A DNA stretch of 63,375 nucleotides. Source: Candidatus Doudnabacteria bacterium RIFCSPHIGHO2_01_48_18 (GTDB taxonomy: Bacteria > Patescibacteriota > Doudnabacteria > UBA920 > 2-01-FULL-46-14). The stretch spans positions 1-63,375 of the forward strand of contig MFEF01000028.1 of the NCBI GenBank assembly GCA_001777515.1. The letters run 5' to 3'. The position numbers were made by a program, and so were the translations under genes. Position 1 is the stretch's first letter, and each line of letters opens with the position of its first letter. Below, one piece after another: positions 17,643 to 27,969 of the stretch. Below the pieces are notes generated by a model. The model saw only the letters and a list, made by a program, of their open reading frames with translations, made no database searches and was not told the origin of the DNA.

Positions 17643-17651
17643 TTATACACA
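17643..17651 (+). promoter_or_regulatory. DnaA box (TTATACACA)
   Basis: Fits the TTATNCACA consensus. Confidence 0.6.
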
Positions 17652-17653
17652 CC

Positions 17654-17662
17654 TTATCCACA
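17654..17662 (+). promoter_or_regulatory. DnaA box (TTATCCACA, perfect consensus)
   Basis: Exact 9-mer, 2 nt after the previous box. Confidence 0.7.
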
Positions 17663-17709
17663 TAATTAATTTTTTTTAGCTTATATAAGGCTTTTTTTTG
17701 CATTTTACA

Positions 17710-17718
17710 TGTTGATAA
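17710..17718 (-). promoter_or_regulatory. DnaA box-like, reverse orientation (TGTTGATAA)
   Basis: One mismatch to TGTGGATAA. Confidence 0.4.
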
Positions 17719-17765
17719 CCTATTTGTTAGAATAACCAGTATAAGTCACCCCTGACTAAACACAA

Positions 17766-19133
17766 ATGAACTCACCGAAACAAATATGGCAAGCAGTGCT
17801 TGGCAACTTAGAGCTTACTTTGTCAAAAGCGAATTTTACCACATGGTTCAAAAACACTACGATTCTTGAACAGGCTGGAAATAAAATCATCGTCGGAGTG
17901 CCAAACACTTTTACCAAAGAGTGGCTCCATAATAAATACCACCAAGATATCCTCAAGGCGATTCGCACCATCAACCCGGAAATCAAAACAGTTGAATACC
18001 AAATTACCAGCGCGTTTTCCGTAAAAGCACCTCCCAAAACAGCCGAACCATCAGCACCGATTGTTTCTGCCACAACCGCTAATCCTTATCAAAAATCATA
18101 CATTATCAACTCGGGACTCAATCCCAAATACGGTTTTGAGAGTTTCATTGTCGGATCTAACAATGAATTGGCCGCGGCAGCCGCGCAAGCAGTAACAAAA
18201 AACCCAGGCAAGGCCTATAACCCACTGTTTATTTATGGCGGAGTAGGTTTGGGTAAAACCCATCTCATGCAGGCAATAGGTAACGCGCTTCTGAAAAGCG
18301 GGGAAGCCAAACGCGTACTTTATGTCACCACGGAAAAATTTACCAATGAATTTATCCAAAGTGTGCGTGATAATAAAAGTGAGGGTTTCAAAAATCTTTA
18401 CCGCAGCATGGATGTGCTCCTTATTGACGATATTCAATTTTTAGCGGGCAAGGAGCAAACCCAGGAAGAATTTTTCCATACTTTCAACGCGCTTCACCAA
18501 AGCAATAAACAAATTGTCCTTTCCTCTGACCGGTTGCCAAAGGAGATCCCGGCCATTGAGGAGCGGCTTGTGTCGCGCTTTGAGTGGGGGATGATCGCGG
18601 ATGTGCAGCCGCCAGATTTTGAAACCAGGCTGGCGATTCTGCGCTCCAAGGCTCAGGAACGAGGTTATGATGTGGACCCTGATGTCCTTGAATACATCGC
18701 CCAAACAATCGAAACCAACATTCGCGAGCTTGAGGGATCGCTTAATCGGCTCATGGTATTTTGCCAGCTCAACAACACACAGCCCACGCTCGATAAGATC
18801 AAAGATGTTCTTTCCAATATTATTTTTTCGCCAAAAAAACGTTTAGTTTCGCCAAAAAACATCATGGCGGTGGTTGCCGATTTCTACAACGTTTCCATTG
18901 ATGACCTGATCAAGCAATCCAGAAAGAAAGAGTATGTCATGCCCCGGCAGATCTCTATGTATATTATCCGCAAGGAGTTGGAAACAAGCCTGCCGATGAT
19001 TGGAGAAATTTTTGGCGGGCGCGATCATACCACAGTGATTCACGCGATCGATAAAATTCAAACTTTAGCTAAAGACAAGGAAAATTTACGCCAAGAGCTT
19101 AGCTTGATAACTAACAAAATTTATATGGATTAA
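17766..19133 (+). CDS. dnaA: Chromosomal replication initiator protein DnaA
   Basis: Walker A (GGVGLGKTHLM), Walker B (LLIDDIQF) and the C-terminal DNA-binding helix (GGRDHTTVIHA). Confidence 0.95.
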   Translation: MNSPKQIWQAVLGNLELTLSKANFTTWFKNTTILEQAGNKIIVGVPNTFTKEWLHNKYHQDILKAIRTINPEIKTVEYQITSAFSVKAPPKTAEPSAPIVSATTANPYQKSYIINSGLNPKYGFESFIVGSNNELAAAAAQAVTKNPGKAYNPLFIYGGVGLGKTHLMQAIGNALLKSGEAKRVLYVTTEKFTNEFIQSVRDNKSEGFKNLYRSMDVLLIDDIQFLAGKEQTQEEFFHTFNALHQSNKQIVLSSDRLPKEIPAIEERLVSRFEWGMIADVQPPDFETRLAILRSKAQERGYDVDPDVLEYIAQTIETNIRELEGSLNRLMVFCQLNNTQPTLDKIKDVLSNIIFSPKKRLVSPKNIMAVVADFYNVSIDDLIKQSRKKEYVMPRQISMYIIRKELETSLPMIGEIFGGRDHTTVIHAIDKIQTLAKDKENLRQELSLITNKIYMD

Positions 19134-19145
19134 CTGAGGGTAGTT

Positions 19146-19154
19146 TGGGGATAA
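19146..19154 (-). promoter_or_regulatory. DnaA box-like (TGGGGATAA)
   Basis: One mismatch to TGTGGATAA, just downstream of the dnaA stop. Confidence 0.35.
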
Positions 19155-19340
19155 GGGTTGGGTAGTTTTTCCTTTTAAAACACAAAAAAAGTTTCATCAA
19201 CAGACAATCAACAATCAAACAACACCTTACCAAACAAAAAATCTTTCACCAATCAATCAAACCAACAAAAAAATAACTTATAAACATTTACACACTCCTT
19301 ATTACTACCACTGTATTAATTAAACTTTACAAATACTCTT

Positions 19341-20435
19341 ATGAAGATGGTCTGCACAAAAAAAAATCTGAACTCTGGTCTAACAATCACATCGCGAGTA
19401 ATCGGCTCAGGAAACACACTCCCGATCTTGAATAATATTTTATTTAAAACAGAAGACGGGCGTTTGAAACTCTCCAGCACAAACCTGGAGATGGCGATCA
19501 ATACCTGGGTGGGTGGCAAAATCGAAGAAGAAGGAGAGATTACAGTTCCGGCAAGATTAATTAATGATTACGTAAATAACATTGCCGCGGATAAAATAAC
19601 CATCACTAGCAAAAACCACACTTTATTTTTAGAAGCGGAAAAAGCCCAAACCCATATCAAAGGACTGTCTTCAGAGGAATTTCCACTCATTCCAGAAATA
19701 AAAGATGAAAACTTTGCCAAGGTAGATGGAAAAGAATTCAGCAAGATTATCAGGCAGGTAACGTTTGCGGCGGCTTTTTCAGAGACGCAGCCAGAAATAT
19801 CAGGAGTACTTTTTTCTTTTGATGGCAGCGATTTAGTTCTCGCCGCCACAGATCGATACCGCCTCGGGGAAGGGAAAGTGAAGCTTACCGCACCAATAAC
19901 AACCCCGAAACAAGTTATAGTTCCGGCAAGAGCGGTAAATGAACTGGCCAGAATAGTGGGGTCTGGGATAGTGGAAATATTATTAGGTGAAGGGCAGATT
20001 TGTTTTCGAGCGCCTGATGTCGAACTTGTCTCGAGGCTCATCGAAGGGCAATATCCAGACTATAAACAAATTGTCCCCAAAAATTATTCCACTGAAGCTG
20101 AGGTGGATAAGGAACAATTCATGCAATCTCTCAAGGCAGCTAGCCTTTTTACTTCAGAAAACAAGAATATTGAGCTCGATCTAAACCCACAAAATAAACA
20201 GATTGTTATAAAATCACAATCCAGCCAGGTCGGCGACAGTGAGATCAGTGTAGACGCGGTGTTTGCCGGTCAAAAAAATACCATTGTTTTTAACTACCGC
20301 TATCTTCTAGAGTGCCTGAGTAATTTGGCGGATGAACGCGTCACTCTGAAGGCAATAAGTTCTTCCTCTCCAGCAGCGATTGTGCCGGTTGGGAGAGAAA
20401 ATTACCTCTACATTGTTATGCCAATCAAGATTTAA
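19341..20435 (+). CDS. dnaN: DNA polymerase III beta sliding clamp
   Basis: 364 aa with the three-domain clamp pattern and dnaA-dnaN-recF synteny. Confidence 0.9.
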   Translation: MKMVCTKKNLNSGLTITSRVIGSGNTLPILNNILFKTEDGRLKLSSTNLEMAINTWVGGKIEEEGEITVPARLINDYVNNIAADKITITSKNHTLFLEAEKAQTHIKGLSSEEFPLIPEIKDENFAKVDGKEFSKIIRQVTFAAAFSETQPEISGVLFSFDGSDLVLAATDRYRLGEGKVKLTAPITTPKQVIVPARAVNELARIVGSGIVEILLGEGQICFRAPDVELVSRLIEGQYPDYKQIVPKNYSTEAEVDKEQFMQSLKAASLFTSENKNIELDLNPQNKQIVIKSQSSQVGDSEISVDAVFAGQKNTIVFNYRYLLECLSNLADERVTLKAISSSSPAAIVPVGRENYLYIVMPIKI

Positions 20436-20442
20436 AAATGAT

Positions 20443-21537
20443 GTGTTTGTAAGACAGGTAAATTACCAAAACTTCCGGAATTTTCAAAACCTTGATTTGA
20501 TGCTCGATCAAGGTTTTGTTGTTTTATTCGGGCCCAATGGCGCCGGCAAAACAAATTTTCTGGAGGGGATATATTTTGGCCTGACATTGAGCCGCTTCCC
20601 CACAAGCCATTTGTCGCAACTCATGCTAGAGCGCGAACAGTTCTTTAGGGTAGCGATTGAGCTGCGAAATGCCGACGATGAACGGTTTGAAGTATTTGGA
20701 ACCCGCGAAGATGAGCGTACAGCGCTGAAATTTCGAATCAATAACCAAACCATGAATAGAGCATCGTATGCTGGCCGGGCCGCGGCGGTGAGTTTTATTC
20801 CCGAGGATTTAAACCTTCTGACGCATTCACCAGCGGGCCGTAGGCGCTTTTTGGACGAAGTCTTGGGCAGTGCTGGTGCGCAAATCAAACACGCGATCAT
20901 GCGGTATGACAGAGCGCTGAGGCAGCGCAATCAAGCCTTGCAATCTATTGCTCAGAGCGGCGTGAATGATTCTCATCTTGAGGTCTGGGACGAACAGCTT
21001 GCTGATTATGGCAGCCAAATAACAAGAGCCAGGGCAGATTTTATAGAAGCGGTGAACACATCAGTTGGTCAGGTTTTGAAAACATTTTCGCCAGATATTG
21101 AAAGTATAAAATTCGAGTATCGCTTCAGCGGCGCTCCCATCAAAGAAGACTTTTTGCGTAAATTGCGTGAGTCAAAAGCAAGGGAGCGCGAGACTCTCAC
21201 CACCGCAGTGGGACCGCATCGTGATGATTTTTTGACAATCGGTGGCAGCGGCAACGCGGTTGGGTATTTATCGCGCGGACAGCTGCGCAGTGTTACCCTG
21301 GCCCTGAAAATCATGGAAAAAAATTATATGGAAAAATTTGGCAGGCATCCGATCATGCTGCTCGATGATGTGTTTTCTGAATTTGACGGAGTTCACCAGA
21401 GGCAACTGGCCGAGTTTCTGCGCGGTTTTGAGCAAGTATTCCTGACCACGGCGCAACCGAGCGATATAAAAGATCATTTGCCATCCTCGGCCCAGCTTTA
21501 TAATGTAAAAGCAGGAGTGATTGCTAAACCGCAATAA
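20443..21537 (+). CDS. recF: DNA replication/repair protein RecF
   Basis: NFRNF... then Walker A (GPNGAGKTNFLE). The start was placed at the GTG at 20443, just after the dnaN stop; the ORF-track start at 20380 would overlap dnaN. Confidence 0.85.
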   Translation: MFVRQVNYQNFRNFQNLDLMLDQGFVVLFGPNGAGKTNFLEGIYFGLTLSRFPTSHLSQLMLEREQFFRVAIELRNADDERFEVFGTREDERTALKFRINNQTMNRASYAGRAAAVSFIPEDLNLLTHSPAGRRRFLDEVLGSAGAQIKHAIMRYDRALRQRNQALQSIAQSGVNDSHLEVWDEQLADYGSQITRARADFIEAVNTSVGQVLKTFSPDIESIKFEYRFSGAPIKEDFLRKLRESKARERETLTTAVGPHRDDFLTIGGSGNAVGYLSRGQLRSVTLALKIMEKNYMEKFGRHPIMLLDDVFSEFDGVHQRQLAEFLRGFEQVFLTTAQPSDIKDHLPSSAQLYNVKAGVIAKPQ

Positions 21538-21821
21538 TGCGCAGCCTATCCAACATTCTCAGGGACAAATTTTCCCGCAAAGACGATCTGTCGAAGCAAA
21601 TTGAAATCGTTAAGGTCTTCGATTTGTATCGCGCGGAGCTTCAGAAATTGTCTTTGGAAAAAGACGCGACAGCTGTCAGCCTAAAAAGCAAAACCCTGCT
21701 GGTTCAGCTCACAAATTCAGTTGTGGCCAGCGAGCTTCGTCTGCGTGAGATGAATATGGTTGCAAAGGTCAACGCCAATATGGGTAAAGACGTGATAAAG
21801 AGAGTTGTCTATCGGTTTTGA
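21537..21821 (+). CDS. DUF721 (DciA-like) protein
   Basis: 94-aa ORF in the conserved post-recF position typical of DUF721 proteins. Confidence 0.6.
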   Translation: MRSLSNILRDKFSRKDDLSKQIEIVKVFDLYRAELQKLSLEKDATAVSLKSKTLLVQLTNSVVASELRLREMNMVAKVNANMGKDVIKRVVYRF

Positions 21822-22768
21822 AGCAAGGTTAAATATTTGATCCAGTCTTCTTGCCTTTCGACAAGAAAGCCATTTTCACCGTGCTTAACTATTTCCGGCA
21901 GGGCGCCGATGTTGCTGGCGACAACCGGAATGCCGCGCGCTATCGCTTCGGCCGCTGCAATACCATATGATTCGGGAACTTTGGTAGGATAGACGAGCGC
22001 GGAAATTTGGAAAAAGAATTGACCAAGATCATAAATGAAGCCGATCAGCTTGATTTGGGACCGTAAGTTATTTTCATCAATAAACTGCTCAATTAATTTT
22101 TTTTCGAAGCCGTCGCCGGCAATAATCACTTTTGCATCTGGCAGATGCGGAATCACAGAAGTTAAAAAACCAAAAACCCCTTTCTCTGGGTCGAGGCGGC
22201 CAAGGATGCCGATGGTGAATTGAGATTGCCGTGGCGCTTCGCTCCTCGCAATGACAGATAGTGAGGGGTTGACGACCTCAATATTGTTCTCCGGAACCTC
22301 AAGTTTTATAAATTCTTGTTTGGCGAACTGCGAAACGGTGACGAGCTTGGCAGTCCGAGCCCTTCGCAGATACCAGAACTTGAGCGGATTCCATTTCAGC
22401 CAGCGGCCAGGGATTTTATGCTCGAGGAAAATACATTTTTGAGGCAGCAAAACAAGCTTTTCTGTCAGTGATTGGCAGTAAAATACTGAATCTGCCGGGG
22501 CGTGTTTTATTAACTTTCCAAGCCTGAACTCGGCAATGAGCCAGGTCGCTGGCCAGAGAAGGAGCGACCATTTGCTGGTTGGTTCCCAGCCCGCAAACAT
22601 GCGGAGCCTCGGCAGGCCATGTTTTTCAAACAGCCGAAACAGATACGGATCAGAGGTGACGAGCATGGTTTGCTGGCCACGGGTCCGCATTTCCAAGGCC
22701 AGACTCAAGGTGTGAAACTCTGCTCCGCCAAATGAAGGCACAAGAGGAAATTTGAAAAAGAAAATCAT
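21809..22768 (-). CDS. Glycosyltransferase family 4 (GT-B)
   Basis: C-terminal GT1/GT4 signature (YPTKVPESYGIAAAEAIARGIPVVASNIGALPEIV). Confidence 0.8.
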   Translation of the reverse strand: MIFFFKFPLVPSFGGAEFHTLSLALEMRTRGQQTMLVTSDPYLFRLFEKHGLPRLRMFAGWEPTSKWSLLLWPATWLIAEFRLGKLIKHAPADSVFYCQSLTEKLVLLPQKCIFLEHKIPGRWLKWNPLKFWYLRRARTAKLVTVSQFAKQEFIKLEVPENNIEVVNPSLSVIARSEAPRQSQFTIGILGRLDPEKGVFGFLTSVIPHLPDAKVIIAGDGFEKKLIEQFIDENNLRSQIKLIGFIYDLGQFFFQISALVYPTKVPESYGIAAAEAIARGIPVVASNIGALPEIVKHGENGFLVERQEDWIKYLTLLQNR

Positions 22769-24204
22769 GGCTTGTCAGAGGCGGCTTGCCTGACAAGAAG
22801 GATTTGCTTGACGAAATCGAGCGGCACAGCCTTGAACAGCAGCAACAAGATGATGTAGATTAAACTGCCGCAAATTATTTCGGCGATCCACGCGAAATCA
22901 AACAAATAGAAAAACAACGCCATGCCCAGAGCCGCTGGCAATGCCCTCAAAAAGATGTTTAGGGAAATATTTTGACCGCTGGTTTTTTTGACGAGACGGT
23001 AAGCATAGCTCGCGACAATTATTTCCGTGATGACCGTTCCCCAAGCCGCGCCCCAGTACCCAAAAACCGGAATCAGCAAGAGATACAGCGCCAGGCCTGT
23101 AATCGCTCCCAGCAGATAACCCTTGATCATGGTTTTCTGCGCGTTCACCGCAAAAACTGCGTAGCCAAACAATGTTCCCAAAAATATAGTGACCGCGGCA
23201 AGAGTCAAGATCTGCAAAAGCTGCGGCGAATCCGCGTAGGCTCGGTCACCTTTCAATAGATCAATGATTGGCCCGGCAAAAAATTCAAACACCCCAAGGA
23301 CCAGGAAAGCCATGAGAATGAGCGCGTCAAAGGATCGCTGCAAAATCTGGCGAAACTGCTCCCAGTTGTTTACCGCGTATTGTGACAACAAGGGCATCAC
23401 CAGTCCCGCAAACATCGCGGGAAAGGCCAGCAGCCCCTCGAGAAGCTTGTAGGGCAGGCTATAGACCCCTACCGCTTCCTCGGAATGGAACAGGGAAAGA
23501 ATGACCGTATCAGTTTTGAAATATAAAAGGTTGAGGACAACGCTGAACACCAGCGGCCATGAGGTGCGGAGGATGTCTTTCCAGACCACAAAATCAAAAG
23601 CGATTCCAAAATTTTCATATCGTTTTGCAAATTTGACGGTCAGCAGCAGATTTATGCCATTTGCGAGAATCAGTGCGCCGACGAAATAAGGCATAGGCAT
23701 GCCCTTCCACACCAATAGATAGATCAAGATCAGATTGACTGCCCGGCCGACAGTTTCGGAAATCACTACCAAATATTGAACGAGATGTTTCTGAAAAATT
23801 CCGATAAGGACCTGGTTTAATGACACGAACACAAACGCGGCAATTCCTAGAAACAGAGTTTGTTTGACTGTCGGATCATAGGGCAGCAGTAGGGCAATCA
23901 GCGCGCCGCCGAACAAAACCGCAACAGAAGCTGTCATGCGCAAACCCAGGGCGTTGCCGATAATTTTCGGATGATCAGTGTCTGGCTTGGAGACTTCGCG
24001 GGCTACATATAGGTATAGTCCCAGGTCCGCGATAGTGACGCAGAAACCCAAAAACGCCACAACTGTTGAATATTCTCCAAAACCCTTTTCCGCCAAATAC
24101 CGCGATAGCAGCGCGATTGTGACAAGTCCCACGCCGGCGGCAAAAATTTTGCCCAGAGACTGGGCCAGGGTGTTGTAGAAAATTTTAACTGCTTGAGACG
24201 CCAT
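22765..24204 (-). CDS. Polysaccharide flippase (Wzx / MOP superfamily)
   Basis: 479 aa with about 12-14 predicted TM helices, coupled by overlap to the glycosyltransferase. Confidence 0.75.
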   Translation of the reverse strand: MASQAVKIFYNTLAQSLGKIFAAGVGLVTIALLSRYLAEKGFGEYSTVVAFLGFCVTIADLGLYLYVAREVSKPDTDHPKIIGNALGLRMTASVAVLFGGALIALLLPYDPTVKQTLFLGIAAFVFVSLNQVLIGIFQKHLVQYLVVISETVGRAVNLILIYLLVWKGMPMPYFVGALILANGINLLLTVKFAKRYENFGIAFDFVVWKDILRTSWPLVFSVVLNLLYFKTDTVILSLFHSEEAVGVYSLPYKLLEGLLAFPAMFAGLVMPLLSQYAVNNWEQFRQILQRSFDALILMAFLVLGVFEFFAGPIIDLLKGDRAYADSPQLLQILTLAAVTIFLGTLFGYAVFAVNAQKTMIKGYLLGAITGLALYLLLIPVFGYWGAAWGTVITEIIVASYAYRLVKKTSGQNISLNIFLRALPAALGMALFFYLFDFAWIAEIICGSLIYIILLLLFKAVPLDFVKQILLVRQAASDKP

Positions 24205-24206
24205 GA

Positions 24207-24629
24207 TTATTTGTCGCCGCGCACTTTTTTCACGAGCGCGCTGGAGCTTTGGGTTTTACCGCCGCCCACATTGAAAACCATTTGGATCCCGAGCCGTTTG
24301 CAAACCTCGTATTCAGGAGTGTTGTCTTCCTTGCGGTCACCGCCATTGGCGAAAATGTCGGGACGGATCGATTCCAGAACAGTTGCGACTGACATGTCGC
24401 TCGGGTTTTCGCTATGGGAGGTGACGATCACCTCGTCAACGTATCTGATCGCCTCTAAAACAGCTTTCCGCTCGCTTTCGTTCATGAAAATGTAGTCCTT
24501 TTTCTTTTTGACCCAGTTGTCATTATTCAGGATCACCACCAGCCGGTCGCCAAGCTCTCTGGCGCCCTTCAGGAGATTTATGTGTCCGCTATGTATGGGA
24601 TCAAACCCGCCGGAAACAGCGACTGTCAT
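24207..24629 (-). CDS. Cytidylyl/adenylyltransferase family protein (HldE-C / TagD-like)
   Basis: VSGGFDPIHSGHINLL (HxGH nucleotidyltransferase motif). 140 aa. Confidence 0.8.
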   Translation of the reverse strand: MTVAVSGGFDPIHSGHINLLKGARELGDRLVVILNNDNWVKKKKDYIFMNESERKAVLEAIRYVDEVIVTSHSENPSDMSVATVLESIRPDIFANGGDRKEDNTPEYEVCKRLGIQMVFNVGGGKTQSSSALVKKVRGDK

Positions 24630-25183
24630 TTAGGTTCTCCTTTGGCCCCGGGCGGGATCTTTTGATAAAGATCAAGAATGATTTTTACTATTGCGTTTGG
24701 ATCTGGAACATAATCAAACTCGAACCTGGTTCTGGCTCCAGCAGTTTGGACATAAACATTGCCGTAGTTAAACAGATTGCCCAAAAAGCCTTTTATCTCT
24801 GAGGTCACATCTTCGACCTGCGCCAGGTGCAGTTCGGTAGTGGAGTGAAACAGAAGATTTTTTTGATCCACATCCACGATTCGCTCGTTGGTAATGATTT
24901 GATAGTTCAGGTAATAGAGCACCCACAAAGCCATGAGTCCACCGATCACGTACATAAGGTAAACCGTTTTTATCAAATTGGCGATCTTTGCGGCCTCGGG
25001 CGTCCTAAGAAAAGGGAATTGCGGAACCAGAAACCAATCATACCCAAAGAGGATAACAACAAAAATGAGCCAAATAACAATATCTCTGGCCAGCACTACC
25101 CAATGCTTGCGCGTTACGAGATGGATCTTTTCGCCTGCTTGCTGGCCAGGAAAAAGAAACTGCGGATTTAGTGATAGGCTCAT
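24626..25183 (-). CDS. Membrane protein with bacterial PH-like (YdbT/DUF304-like) domain
   Basis: Two TM helices followed by a small beta-rich domain. The assignment is by recollection of the family pattern only. Confidence 0.4.
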   Translation of the reverse strand: MSLSLNPQFLFPGQQAGEKIHLVTRKHWVVLARDIVIWLIFVVILFGYDWFLVPQFPFLRTPEAAKIANLIKTVYLMYVIGGLMALWVLYYLNYQIITNERIVDVDQKNLLFHSTTELHLAQVEDVTSEIKGFLGNLFNYGNVYVQTAGARTRFEFDYVPDPNAIVKIILDLYQKIPPGAKGEPK

Positions 25184-25398
25184 AGCAGCTCGAGTTCAGG
25201 AAAAGTTAATAGATTAAAATTTGCTTGCGCTGCCGCGTAAAGCGTGGCGATGGCGATCAAAAAAAGAGCGGAGACCGCGAGGCTGAGTATCTTGGATTTG
25301 CCATAACGCAAAAGAACATAAACCATCATCATGCTGTAAATACCAAGGATGCCCACGAGAAGATAAAAAATGATTTGTGCTGCCAGCTTGATGATCAT
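25180..25398 (-). CDS. Small two-TM membrane protein, hypothetical
   Basis: 72 aa and hydrophobic. Overlap-coupled to the downstream ORF. Confidence 0.45.
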   Translation of the reverse strand: MIIKLAAQIIFYLLVGILGIYSMMMVYVLLRYGKSKILSLAVSALFLIAIATLYAAAQANFNLLTFPELELL

Positions 25399-25403
25399 TT
25401 ATT

Positions 25404-26450
25404 TCATAAAAGAGGATTCATTTGCGGTTTTTTGACTGGCAGGCCGAGATGTTCATAAGCAAGCTGGGTCGCCACGCGGCCTTTGGGTGTGCGCTCCAGA
25501 AATCCAAGGCGCATGAGATAGGGTTCATAGATGTCGGCAATAGTTTGTTCTTCTTCGCTGGTGGCGGCCGCTAGAGAATTGATGCCGACTGGGCCGCCTT
25601 GAAATTTTTCAATTAGCGCCAGGAGGATCAAGCGGTCGTTGCGATCCAGGCCAAGTGAATCAATCTCCAGCATATCCAGCGCCTCTCTGGCCAAATCCGT
25701 GTTGATCTTGCCGTCACTCTTAACCTCGGCAAAATCTCTCACGCGGCGCAGAAGGCGGTTGGCAACGCGCGGAGTTTTGCGCGACCGCCTCGCGATTTCC
25801 GCGCTGGAATCGACGTCCATGCCAATCCCCAAAATTTTTGCCGACCGGCTGACAATCTTTTCTATTTCCCCGTCAAGGTAATAGTCGAGGCGGAGCGTAG
25901 TGCCAAATCTGTCGCGCAGGGGACCCGAGAGCAAGCCCACCCGGGTGGTCGCGCCGATTATAGTAAACCGAGGCAGGTCCAGGCGCACTGATCTGGCTCC
26001 CGGCCCTTTGCCCAGGATGATGTCAAAGGCAAAATCTTCCATGGCCGGGTACAAAACCTCTTCCACGATCTTGGGCAGGCGGTGGATTTCATCAATGAAT
26101 AAAATGTCGTTATTTTGCAGGTTCGTGAGCAGTGAGGCCAGGTCGCCGGCGCGCTCTAGGGCTGGACCTGAAGTCATTTTGATCTGCGCCCCCATTTCGT
26201 TGGCCAGCACATGCGCGAGCGTTGTTTTTCCCAAGCCTGGCGGGCCATACAGCAGCACGTGCTCGATCGGCTGTTTGCGTTTTTTGGCCGCCTCGAGAAA
26301 AATCATCAAATGTTCTTTGTTTTTTTCCTGGCCGATATATTCCTTCAGATTCTTCGGACGCAAAGTTAAATCAAGCTGGTCTTCATCAGCCCTTGAGGTT
26401 TTGCCCGGCTGCACCACCCTTTCTTTAGATGTCGAACTTTTTTCTATCAA
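25404..26450 (-). CDS. ruvB: Holliday junction branch migration helicase RuvB
   Basis: Walker A ([11 protein letters not shown]), FIDEIHRL and an overall RuvB pattern. Confidence 0.95.
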   Translation of the reverse strand: MIEKSSTSKERVVQPGKTSRADEDQLDLTLRPKNLKEYIGQEKNKEHLMIFLEAAKKRKQPIEHVLLYGPPGLGKTTLAHVLANEMGAQIKMTSGPALERAGDLASLLTNLQNNDILFIDEIHRLPKIVEEVLYPAMEDFAFDIILGKGPGARSVRLDLPRFTIIGATTRVGLLSGPLRDRFGTTLRLDYYLDGEIEKIVSRSAKILGIGMDVDSSAEIARRSRKTPRVANRLLRRVRDFAEVKSDGKINTDLAREALDMLEIDSLGLDRNDRLILLALIEKFQGGPVGINSLAAATSEEEQTIADIYEPYLMRLGFLERTPKGRVATQLAYEHLGLPVKKPQMNPLL

Positions 26451-26478
26451 ATGAAGGGTCCTATCTGGTTTTATCTTA

Positions 26479-27954
26479 TCACCGTTTGAATTTTTTCAGA
26501 AATTCGATGGTGAGGCGGATGCCGGTGCCGGTCGCGCCTTTCGGGCGATATGGTTTTTCTCTGGTGGTCCAGGCGACGCCGGCAATGTCCAAATGGACCC
26601 AGGGATAATCCACAAAGTTGCTCAGGAAATTGGCGGCATGGATCGCGTCGCCGTAGCGGATCGTGCTTTGGTTTCTCAGGTCGGCGAACTCACTCTTGAT
26701 GAAAAGTTCATAGTCTTTATCAAGAGGCATCGGCCAAAGTTTTTCCCCGGTGATTTTGGCGGCCGCCTGCATCTGCGTCGCCAATTTTTCTGTGTTGGTA
26801 AAAGCGCCGATGATATCATCGCCGAGGGCCACGACGATTGACCCGGTGAGGGTGGCATAGTCAATAACCAGGTCGGGGTCGTACTTTTTGGCGTAGTCCA
26901 GGCCGTCAGAGAGAATGAGCCGCCCTTCCGCGTCAGTATTCACCACCTCCACGGTCTTGCCAGACCTGGTTTGGATAATGTCGCCGGGCTTCACGGCTTT
27001 TCCTGATGGCAGGTTTTCAGTTGAAGGGATGAGGCCGATGAGGTTGAATGGCAATTTCAGCTGGCACGCGGCCTTGAGTACGCCCATGACGTCGGCGCCG
27101 CCTGACATGTCAAATTTCATTTCATCCATTTTTTCCGGCGGTTTGATGGAAATACCGCCCGAATCAAAGGTTAGACCCTTGCCGACAAGGACGATTGTGG
27201 GCGCGGATTTTTTCGTGAAATACTCGAGGATGATAAATTTCGGTTCCTGATCGGAGCCTTGCGAAACGCCGAGGAGCCCACCCATTTTTTCTTTGGCAAT
27301 TTCATCTCTGCCGAGGATACGGGCTTTGATCTGCGGCAGTTCTTTGCTCAGTGCTCGGGCGTGTTTGGCAAGGTGCTCTGGTGTGGCCACATTAGCCGGG
27401 TGGTTCCCGAGATCGCGGGACTCGATGACTGCGTTGGCGATAATTCGTCCAACCACTAACCCTTTTTCAATTTCGTGTTTTTCTTTGGCTGTCGCGACTA
27501 TTTCAATGTCCTCAAATTTGGGCTTGTCTTTTTTGGAAGTTTTGTAATAGGGGAATTCATACGCGGAAAGGATCAGTGATTCAGCGATTGTCTGGGCAGT
27601 GTCGGCCGGAACAGCTTTTGGGATTTGCGGCAAGACAACGGAAACGCGCGTTACCGGTAAGCTTTTCAAAGTTTGTGTAGCGATCGATCCCGCCTCGCGC
27701 AGCTTCTCCAGCGTTAGTTGCTCGTTTTTGCCTACGCCCACCAAAAGGACGCGAGGAAAAGATCCTTGGTTGAACAAGATCCGGACTTTGCTTGACTCGC
27801 CCAGAAAATCTTTTGATGCTCGCAGGCGGCGGATATTGCCGCCGCAGATTTTATCGAGAGCCTTTTCTTGCGGTGTCTCATCTTGTTTAAGGAAGATTAC
27901 CAGGGCATCACTGGAGATTTCTGATAACGGTTTTGTGGTAGCGGTAAAATTCAT
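26479..27954 (-). CDS. pepA: Leucyl aminopeptidase (M17)
   Basis: NTDAEGRL signature and M17 C-terminal catalytic domain motifs. Confidence 0.9.
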   Translation of the reverse strand: MNFTATTKPLSEISSDALVIFLKQDETPQEKALDKICGGNIRRLRASKDFLGESSKVRILFNQGSFPRVLLVGVGKNEQLTLEKLREAGSIATQTLKSLPVTRVSVVLPQIPKAVPADTAQTIAESLILSAYEFPYYKTSKKDKPKFEDIEIVATAKEKHEIEKGLVVGRIIANAVIESRDLGNHPANVATPEHLAKHARALSKELPQIKARILGRDEIAKEKMGGLLGVSQGSDQEPKFIILEYFTKKSAPTIVLVGKGLTFDSGGISIKPPEKMDEMKFDMSGGADVMGVLKAACQLKLPFNLIGLIPSTENLPSGKAVKPGDIIQTRSGKTVEVVNTDAEGRLILSDGLDYAKKYDPDLVIDYATLTGSIVVALGDDIIGAFTNTEKLATQMQAAAKITGEKLWPMPLDKDYELFIKSEFADLRNQSTIRYGDAIHAANFLSNFVDYPWVHLDIAGVAWTTREKPYRPKGATGTGIRLTIEFLKKFKR

Positions 27955-27969
27955 GAGTTATTTTAAAAA

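Larger units (their letters stand above)
17553..17765. other. Candidate oriC (rpmH/dnaA intergenic region, AT-rich, DnaA boxes)
   Basis: Lies between divergent rpmH and dnaA. It holds tandem boxes TTATACACA and TTATCCACA plus a reverse box TGTTGATAA, flanked by AT-rich runs. Confidence 0.65.
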
